From: Thermoanaerobaculia bacterium | Lineage (GTDB): Bacteria; Acidobacteriota; Thermoanaerobaculia; Multivoradales; Multivoraceae | DNA length: 64,000 nucleotides | Assembly: GCA_963664405.1 (NCBI GenBank) | Contig: OY761158.1 | Span: forward strand, 2,144,001-2,208,000 | Direction: 5' to 3' | Shown: positions 47,856-55,207 of the stretch, piece after piece | Layout of the letters: the number at the start of each line of letters is the position of its first letter | Position numbering within the stretch: the first letter of the stretch is position 1 | The notes under the pieces: model-generated | Told to the model about the DNA's origin: nothing | The model's database searches: none | Seen by the model: the letters and a program-made list of their open reading frames with translations, nothing else | Made by a program: the position numbers and the translations under genes

Positions 47856-48998
47856 ATGCGTAAACTCCGATCGATCTTGGCGAGCCGAGGCTGGCTGGCG
47901 CTCCTGTCCCTACCGCTGGTGGCTCTCGTGGCCTGTGGCGGTGGCGCTCCGGCGGTGGAGGAGGAGATGGGCGCGATGGATGACGGGAAGATGAGCGACT
48001 GGGTGGATCGGCCGCCGCTGCCGAATCCGACCGGCGAGGTGATCTTGAACTGGGCGCCGTTCCCCGACGGGCGGGTCTGGGGTTCGACCGCGGGCATCGA
48101 TATCGGTCCCGACGGGCACGTCTGGGCCTATGACCGGTGCGGTGGCGGTCTGGACGGTGGGTGCGAGTCCAACCCGGAGCTCGATCCGATCTTCAAATTC
48201 GACAGGAACACGGGTGAGATCCTGACCAGCTTCGGGGCCGGACTGTTCGTAACACCGCACGGTTTCCACGTGGACAGCGACGGCAACGTATGGGCGACCG
48301 ACTTCGCAGGCAACGAGGCCGGGACCAAGGGGCATCAGGTGATCAAGTTCAGCCCGGAGGGCGAGGTCCTGCTGCGACTCGGCGAGGCGGGGGTGCCCGG
48401 AAGCGGCCCTGGCCAGCTCAACCAGCCGTGCGACGTCATTACGGCGCCCAACGGCGACATCTTCGTGTCTGACGGACATAGCGGCCAGGCGCCCGATCCG
48501 CCTCCGGGCGCGACCGGACGGATCCTCAAGTTCGACAGCGAGGGCGGCTTCATCAAGGAGTGGGGTGAAATCGGCTTCCGGCCCGGTCAGTTTCGCACGC
48601 CGCACGCACTGGAGTTCGACTCGCAGGGCCGTCTGTATGTCGCGGACCGTGGCAATGACCGGATCCAAATCTTCGACCAGGACGGCAACCTCCTCGACAC
48701 CTACATGCAGTACAGCCGGATCAGTGGCCTGTTCATAACCGCCGACGACACGCTCTATGCGATCGCTTCGGACTCGGGCCCAAACAGCCACCCCGGCTGG
48801 AAGAACGGTGTGCGGATCGGACCGGCCGGGGAGGACCGGCTGACCGGCTTCGTGCCGCCGCACCCTCACGACGTTCACGTGCAAGGGGTCGCCGGTGAGG
48901 GTGTCGCCGTGGATGAGGTCGGCAACATCTATGCGGCGGAAGGGCCGGACTCCCGTCCCACCGCCGGCGGCGGCATCACGAAATACGTCGCGAACTAG
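47856..48998 (+). CDS. NHL-repeat (PAL-like) lipoprotein
   Basis: Near-identical to 30360-31502. Confidence 0.85.
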   Translation: MRKLRSILASRGWLALLSLPLVALVACGGGAPAVEEEMGAMDDGKMSDWVDRPPLPNPTGEVILNWAPFPDGRVWGSTAGIDIGPDGHVWAYDRCGGGLDGGCESNPELDPIFKFDRNTGEILTSFGAGLFVTPHGFHVDSDGNVWATDFAGNEAGTKGHQVIKFSPEGEVLLRLGEAGVPGSGPGQLNQPCDVITAPNGDIFVSDGHSGQAPDPPPGATGRILKFDSEGGFIKEWGEIGFRPGQFRTPHALEFDSQGRLYVADRGNDRIQIFDQDGNLLDTYMQYSRISGLFITADDTLYAIASDSGPNSHPGWKNGVRIGPAGEDRLTGFVPPHPHDVHVQGVAGEGVAVDEVGNIYAAEGPDSRPTAGGGITKYVAN

Positions 48999-49007
48999 GC
49001 CGTCCCG

Positions 49008-49961
49008 TCACTTCGCATCAACGTCAACGCCGGTCATGAGCCTGAGGTTACGACCATTGCCCTCGTGACACGCGTACTCCAACAGTTCGTGATCCTCGGG
49101 AGCCCGCATGAACGCGTCGAGCGCGATCGTCCAGGGTCTTGTAAACACTTTCGGATCGTCGATTGTGGCCTCGTAGTGGATCGTATCGGCGTCGGTCAGC
49201 GTGAAGCGTTCCACCACGTGCAAGGCGTCGCTATGGAAGACGCCGTGACCCGTCGAGAGGGCGCTTGCAGGCGCGCCCTCCGGGGCTACCCCACGCGCAA
49301 TCACCCAGGTGTTCTCGGTGAAGTTCGTGACGTCGACGACCAGCGTTTCGCCTTCCCAGTGGCCACGCGAATCACCCAACCCCAGGCGTATCTCCGAGCT
49401 GACATGCGGACGCCCATCCAGGGGAATGTAGCGGTACTCGTGGTTCGCCTCGTAGAGGATCACCACGTACCCAGGCACCTGCAGAATCTGATACGTGTTG
49501 AACCCCCACGGCAGATTCGCGCGCGGTAGCCCGGCCGACAGACACTTCACTCGCGGATCGAGGTGCGCGAGCTTGTCTTGGTTGGCCATGATCTCTTCCC
49601 GTTTCGCCGCCGCCCACGGTTGCAACGGAATCTTCCCGTCCGGGGGATCCACGACCAGCGGCGTTTCAATGGCAGCGGGCAGCGGTGGAGCATCCGGGTC
49701 TGGTTCGAAAAGGCTCGCAGGGGGGGCATCGATAGTGGCACCTTCCGGACGCCACAGTTCGTCCACCGGCGTTTCCACCGGCTGGGCCGCGCCGCGGTCC
49801 CAGGGACCTCGCAAGTCCGGGTCGCCCCACGGTGTGCGTGGAGACGTATAGGCCTCGCCTTGGGCGGCTTCGCCGGAGGCTTCAGCGACGACAAGCGGCA
49901 CTAGCGCCGCGAACGCCACGGCGGTGAGGAGACCGAGCGGAGCGAAGGACCGACGTATCAC
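49008..49961 (-). CDS. Secreted hypothetical protein (WEGDTLVV family)
   Basis: Near-identical to 31508-32461. Confidence 0.8.
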   Translation of the reverse strand: MIRRSFAPLGLLTAVAFAALVPLVVAEASGEAAQGEAYTSPRTPWGDPDLRGPWDRGAAQPVETPVDELWRPEGATIDAPPASLFEPDPDAPPLPAAIETPLVVDPPDGKIPLQPWAAAKREEIMANQDKLAHLDPRVKCLSAGLPRANLPWGFNTYQILQVPGYVVILYEANHEYRYIPLDGRPHVSSEIRLGLGDSRGHWEGETLVVDVTNFTENTWVIARGVAPEGAPASALSTGHGVFHSDALHVVERFTLTDADTIHYEATIDDPKVFTRPWTIALDAFMRAPEDHELLEYACHEGNGRNLRLMTGVDVDAK

Positions 49962-50711
49962 CTACTGACCCTCCAGCGATTGCAGGATGAAATCGACGCA
50001 GTCGTACTCCAGGAGCTGAAGTCCCTGTTCCACGCGCCGATACAGCGGCATCCTCATCTTCCAGGGGCGCGTGAACACTTTCGGATCCTCGATGGTGACC
50101 TCGTACTCGATGTGGTACGGGCTGGTGGGCGTGAAGCGTTCAACCACATGCAAGGCATCGCTATGGAAATTCCCCGCCGCGTCGAACCACGTCCGGTCGA
50201 TGAAATGGGTGGTGTCGACGACCAAGGTGTCTCCCTCCCAATGGCCGCGGGAGTCGCCCATCCAGAAATCATTCGGCAGCGGATGTGGGCTGCCATTCGT
50301 GTAGATGATCCGAACCGCGTGGGCGAACTCGTAGGTCATCACCACCTGGTCCGGCGTCTGAAGGATCTGAAATGGGAACGGCATGTAGGTGATACGCGGG
50401 ACACCTGGTAGATAGCACTTGCGAACCGGGTCGGCGGTGAGCCGATTCTCGTAGTTTTCCTGTTTTCGCGCCTCCGCCCAGGGCTGATACGGGATGTCGT
50501 TGCCCTCCACCACGCTCAGACCGGCGGGAACACCGTCCTGCGCATTGTGGTGCTGAAGGTCCCACGCGGCCGTCGTGAGGACCTGCCAGATCCCGCTCAG
50601 GTCGGGTCTGTCGTCGCTCGTGCGCGGTCCTTCGTAGCCTGACGCCGGGGCCGCTAGTGACACCAGTGACAGAGCCACGAGCCTCACTTCTAACCTCACC
50701 CACCGTTTCAT
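49962..50711 (-). CDS. Secreted hypothetical protein (WEGDTLVV family)
   Basis: PDLSGIW, CYLPGVPR, GDSRGHWEGDTLVV, EYDC; start MKRWV after GGAGG. Confidence 0.8.
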   Translation of the reverse strand: MKRWVRLEVRLVALSLVSLAAPASGYEGPRTSDDRPDLSGIWQVLTTAAWDLQHHNAQDGVPAGLSVVEGNDIPYQPWAEARKQENYENRLTADPVRKCYLPGVPRITYMPFPFQILQTPDQVVMTYEFAHAVRIIYTNGSPHPLPNDFWMGDSRGHWEGDTLVVDTTHFIDRTWFDAAGNFHSDALHVVERFTPTSPYHIEYEVTIEDPKVFTRPWKMRMPLYRRVEQGLQLLEYDCVDFILQSLEGQ

Positions 50712-50758
50712 GAGATACCTCCCCGACGGGAGAGGAGTGTACACTGCGATTTGCCGAC

Positions 50759-52204
50759 ATGAATCAAACAGAACGAAATCTGAGCTTCGCGATCGCATTG
50801 GCAGTTGTGGGAATCGCGGGCTGCGCTGCTGAGGAGGAAGAAGCGTTAGCACCCCCCGACGTTGTCGTGATCGTGGCGGATGACCTTGGCTTCGGTGACG
50901 TGGGTTACAACGGAAGCGAGATCCGAACGCCGCAGATTGACGCGCTCGCAAGGGAAGGAGTGACCTTCGATCGTTTCTACGTCCACCCGATTTGTTCTCC
51001 GACGCGCGCCGCGTTGATGACGGGTCGCTCGCCACTAAACACGGGAGTCCTGAGGGCGCTCGAGCCTTGGTTCGACACCGGACTACCGCTCGAGGAGAAG
51101 CTCCTGCCGGAGTATTTCCAGGACGCCGGCTACCAGACCTTCGCGGTCGGCAAGTGGCACCTCGGACCGAACAAGAAGCCGTACCATCCGCAGAACCGCG
51201 GCTTCGATCATTTCTATGGCGGATTGGCCGGCTTCATGAACTACTACCAGCACACGGTTTGGGGCGCGGTCGATTGGCAGCGCAACGGGTCGACCGTGAT
51301 GGAAGAGGGCTACGCCACGCACCTACAGACCCAAGAGGCCGTCCGCCTGATCGGCGAGAGCGATCCAGAGAGACCGATCTTTCTCTACCTGTCTTACAAC
51401 GCGCCTCATTCGCCTCTGCAGGCGCCGCAAGAAGCGATCGATGCGTACTCCGGGATCGAGGATGAGCATCGCAGGATCTTTGCGGCGATGGTGACGGAAG
51501 TGGACTCCGGGATCGGCGAGCTCCGGGCGGCACTCGGCGAAGCCGGGCGTTCTGAGAACACACTCATCTTCTTCATGAGCGACAACGGAGGTTTGGAGAG
51601 TGTCGGGGCAGACAACGGCCCGCTGCGGGGTGGGAAATTCACCGGGTGGGAGGGAGGTATCCGCGTTCCGGCCCTGTTACACTGGCCGGCCGAAGTGCCG
51701 GGAGGATCATCTATTGCCGAGGCCACGTCGGTGGAAGACATGTTGCCGACGCTGCTGGCCGCCACAGGAATTTCGGCGGAGTCGCCAAAGTCGCTGGATG
51801 GTCGAAATCTTTGGCCCGCGCTCCGCGGCGAAGCCGAGCTCAGCGATAGCCCGTTCCTCCAGATCTGGAGCGGGCCCCCGCAACAGGACTACTATTTTGG
51901 CTACCTAAATGGCGAGTGGAAACTGGTCCAAATGCCGAACCCGGAAACTCAGGAATTCGAGCGGCAGCTCTTCAACATCGTCCAGGACCCGACCGAGTCG
52001 ACCGATCTGGCGGCGGACAACCCGGAGATCCTAGAACGGCTCGTCGGTGCATTCGAGGCGCTTCCGAAAGTGGAAACGCACGGCAGAGACGCAGCCCCTG
52101 GGCCGGTGAGAGGCGCTCCGGGCGCCCCCACGCATCCTCTGCCTGACGAGACACCGCCAACCAAGACGCCGTACGCCGAAGCCGAGTGGACCAGCGTTCC
52201 TTAG
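50759..52204 (+). CDS. Arylsulfatase (ArsB-like), lipoprotein
   Basis: IAGC lipobox, ADDLG, CSPTRA, GKWHLG, SDNG. Confidence 0.92.
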   Translation: MNQTERNLSFAIALAVVGIAGCAAEEEEALAPPDVVVIVADDLGFGDVGYNGSEIRTPQIDALAREGVTFDRFYVHPICSPTRAALMTGRSPLNTGVLRALEPWFDTGLPLEEKLLPEYFQDAGYQTFAVGKWHLGPNKKPYHPQNRGFDHFYGGLAGFMNYYQHTVWGAVDWQRNGSTVMEEGYATHLQTQEAVRLIGESDPERPIFLYLSYNAPHSPLQAPQEAIDAYSGIEDEHRRIFAAMVTEVDSGIGELRAALGEAGRSENTLIFFMSDNGGLESVGADNGPLRGGKFTGWEGGIRVPALLHWPAEVPGGSSIAEATSVEDMLPTLLAATGISAESPKSLDGRNLWPALRGEAELSDSPFLQIWSGPPQQDYYFGYLNGEWKLVQMPNPETQEFERQLFNIVQDPTESTDLAADNPEILERLVGAFEALPKVETHGRDAAPGPVRGAPGAPTHPLPDETPPTKTPYAEAEWTSVP

Positions 52205-52281
52205 GCCGACTGGCTTCAAGGGGCAGCGATGTGGCAAGCTAGCGAATGATGTCCCGGAAAACTCAGCAGGAGGTGTCCACA

Positions 52282-53481
52282 ATGCGAGCCACCCAAACGG
52301 ATCACACGAGTCTCTCGATGGATCGGCGCCGCTTCCTAGAGGGAGCCATGGTCACGGCCGGAGCTTGCCTGGGAGTGGGCTCGGCGCGGGGGGCGAAAGG
52401 CGCTGACATCGTGTCGCCCTCCGCCTTCGCCCACATGGCGGTGAATGCCGTCGACCTGAGCGAGGCACTGACCTTCTACGAGACCCTCCTTCGTTGCCGT
52501 CCTCACCACGTCGTTCGTCAAGGCGCTCGTGGAGGCGCCTGGTGCTCCTACGACACCGAGCATCACCGCATCTCGATCTTCGGGCGAGGTGGTCAGCCGG
52601 TGCCGGAAGACGGCCTCCTCGGCTGGGATCGCTTCACCTTCAGCTACGATTCGCTCACCGAGCTCGGCGCCAACTATCACGCTCTGAAACTCGGCGGAAT
52701 CGAGCCACGCGCAGCCAGACGCTACGGCGACAGCGTGTCACTCCTCTATGCCGACCCGAGCGGCAATCGCATCGAGATGCTCCTCGACCGCTTCGATCGA
52801 ATCGAAGATCTCGAGCCCTATCTGGGGGAGGCGGCAGGCTCGGAGAAATCCGCCGACTTCGATCCGCGCAGTCTGCCGGCTCCAGGCAATGCGGCGTCTG
52901 CACGGAAAGTAACCGTCGCGCCCTCCGAGCTCGTCCACACCGTCATCCGCACCAAGCAGCTGGAGCCGATGGTCGACTGGTACGTCAAGGTGCTGGGCTG
53001 TGAGGTTGCCGAGCGCAGCGAGAAGCTGGCCCTGCTGCGCTTCGATCACCGCCTTCTTCGCATCTTGCTCGTCCTGGATAGGACGCGGGAGCGCGGCCCC
53101 GAGGACCAGGGCTTCCACCACTTCGCCTTCGAGTACCGCACCATGGGCGAGCTCGCCGTCGATACCTACGCCAGGCTCAAAGAGAGCGGCGTCCGACCCC
53201 CCTACTGGTGCACCAACCACGGCATGACCAACTCGATCTACTACGCCGATCCCGATGGCAACAGAGTCGAGACACAGGTCGACAACTACCCCACCAAGGC
53301 GGAGGGGCTGGCCTACATCCGGGGCCCCGACTTCGCGCGCAACGTCACCGGCATCGACTTCGACCCCGACGAGATGGTCGCCAAGGTACGCGGCGGCGCG
53401 TCCTACGAAGAGATGCACCGTCGTATCGAAGCCCCACGCAAGAACCCGACGCCGCGTCCCCAAAAGGGCGTGCACTTCTAG
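52282..53481 (+). CDS. Tat-exported protein with tandem VOC (glyoxalase/extradiol dioxygenase-like) domains
   Basis: DRRRFL Tat motif; YADPSGNRIE and YADPDGNRVE; FHHFAF. Confidence 0.8.
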   Translation: MRATQTDHTSLSMDRRRFLEGAMVTAGACLGVGSARGAKGADIVSPSAFAHMAVNAVDLSEALTFYETLLRCRPHHVVRQGARGGAWCSYDTEHHRISIFGRGGQPVPEDGLLGWDRFTFSYDSLTELGANYHALKLGGIEPRAARRYGDSVSLLYADPSGNRIEMLLDRFDRIEDLEPYLGEAAGSEKSADFDPRSLPAPGNAASARKVTVAPSELVHTVIRTKQLEPMVDWYVKVLGCEVAERSEKLALLRFDHRLLRILLVLDRTRERGPEDQGFHHFAFEYRTMGELAVDTYARLKESGVRPPYWCTNHGMTNSIYYADPDGNRVETQVDNYPTKAEGLAYIRGPDFARNVTGIDFDPDEMVAKVRGGASYEEMHRRIEAPRKNPTPRPQKGVHF

Positions 53482-54947
53482 TTACCGGGCGTCTCGCCGC
53501 CACGCGCATCCGGCGCGTCGTACTTCGGTAACCTGGTGATGAGCTCGGCCTTGATGTCCGCCATCCCGGGGTCGTCTGCCCGATTCACCCACTCGTTGGG
53601 ATCGGACTCGAGCTCGTAGAGCTCTTCGGTGCCATCGACGTAGCGGATGTAGCGGTAGTGACCGTACGTCACCGCGTGATTGCGATAACCGTTGGTCGTC
53701 AGGACGGATCGATCCCAATCGGCGTCGGGGTCCTTCAATAGTGGCACGAGACTCACACCCTCGATGTGATCCGGCGTCTCGAGCCCGGCCAGCTCGGTCA
53801 GGGTCGGGTAGATGTCCATCAGTGAAACGGTGGCCGCGGAACGCGTCCCCGCCTCGGTCACGCCAGGCGCGACGACGATGATCGGCACACGGGTCGACTC
53901 GTTCCAGAGGGTCTGTTTTCGCCAGCGCGACTTCTCGCCGAGATGAAATCCATGGTCGGACCACAAGACGATGATGGTGTTTTCCGCGCGACCACTTTCC
54001 TCGAGTGCGTCGAGCACGCGTCCCAGCATGGCATCGGCGAAGCTGACGCTGGCCAGGTACGCGCGCACGCCTTCCCGCCAGACACCGGCCTCGAGTACCC
54101 ACCGATGGAGCTCCATGCGCAACGACGCGCTGGCGGAAGCCTGTTTCATGGTTTCCGGGATGTCGTCCAGATCGCTCTCCAGGACGCTGGGCAGCTCGAT
54201 GTCCTCCAGCGGGTACATGTCGAAGTATTTCTGGGGCAGATACCAGGGAAGATGGGGACGGTAGATGCCCACGGCATGAAAGCGCGGGCCCGCGCCCGGA
54301 GCGAGGATCTGTTCAACAGACCAGGCGGTTACCTGGCCGTCGCCCATGGCCCGGTCATCGGCGACGACACTGGACCAGTCGAAGATCGGGGTGACGGGGT
54401 TAGCGTTGGCCGGTCGGTCGTGGGGCCCGACCTCGTCGGGAAGCTGCCGTTCAAGTGAAGGGTAGTAGGCGTCCCACGCCGTGGTGTCGTTGTAGCCGAA
54501 ATAGGCCCGGGCGGTGAAGGTCGAGCCGTGAAAGAGCTTCCCCGCGCCGACGGTCACATAACCGGCATCCTGAAAGTGCCCCGGGATGGTCCGAATGTCC
54601 TGAAACGTTTGCTGAATCCGCCAGTCGGGCAGGTTCTGATAGATGCCCGAGGTCGAGGGCAGCAGGCCGGTCATCATGGCCGTTCGCGATGGGTTGCAGA
54701 GGACGCCGGGCGAGCGGGCGTTGGTGAATACCATCCCCCGTTGCGCGAGCCGATCCATGTTCGGCGTCTTGACTTGGGTATTGCCGCCCAGGGGGCCGAC
54801 CCAGTCGTTCAGGTCGTCGATCGAGATAAACAGGACGTCGGGGCGCTCGCCTGCGTCTGTTTGTGCGAGAACGGATCCCGGCAGCGCGGTCAGTACCGTC
54901 GCGAGAACAATTCCGAGCACTCTGATCGCGCGTAATCCAGCATTCAT
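53478..54947 (-). CDS. Sulfatase (iduronate-sulfatase-like)
   Basis: IDDLN, CNPSRT, RPHLPW, SDHG. Confidence 0.92.
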   Translation of the reverse strand: MNAGLRAIRVLGIVLATVLTALPGSVLAQTDAGERPDVLFISIDDLNDWVGPLGGNTQVKTPNMDRLAQRGMVFTNARSPGVLCNPSRTAMMTGLLPSTSGIYQNLPDWRIQQTFQDIRTIPGHFQDAGYVTVGAGKLFHGSTFTARAYFGYNDTTAWDAYYPSLERQLPDEVGPHDRPANANPVTPIFDWSSVVADDRAMGDGQVTAWSVEQILAPGAGPRFHAVGIYRPHLPWYLPQKYFDMYPLEDIELPSVLESDLDDIPETMKQASASASLRMELHRWVLEAGVWREGVRAYLASVSFADAMLGRVLDALEESGRAENTIIVLWSDHGFHLGEKSRWRKQTLWNESTRVPIIVVAPGVTEAGTRSAATVSLMDIYPTLTELAGLETPDHIEGVSLVPLLKDPDADWDRSVLTTNGYRNHAVTYGHYRYIRYVDGTEELYELESDPNEWVNRADDPGMADIKAELITRLPKYDAPDARGGETPGN

Positions 54948-55125
54948 TGGTTAGGATTCTCCGATTGGGAACGTCGAGTTCGGGCAGCTTAGCGACCTTC
55001 AAAAAGCAATAGTGACATGGACGACCCGCTATGGCCACGACCAGCTTCAGTGAGGCCGGGTTCAGGAGCCCTGAGGATGGCCGTCGCGTCTACCGCGTAG
55101 GGGCCTCCTGGCCCACACGGCCGAA

Positions 55126-55160
55126 TTGACAGGAGAGAGAGGTCTGCCGTAAAGTAAAAT
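55126..55160 (+). promoter_or_regulatory. Putative sigma70 promoter of the TonB receptor gene
   Basis: TTGACA-N18-TAAAGT. Confidence 0.4.
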
Positions 55161-55207
55161 GCCGTCGCAAATAACCTCAGAGTCCGCTTACGAGCCGGAG
55201 GTGTTCC

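Larger units (their letters stand above)
42278..50356 (+). repeat. Segmental duplication, copy B (with an extra tandem PQQ-DH gene)
   Basis: Colinear with 27105-32856. Confidence 0.92.
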
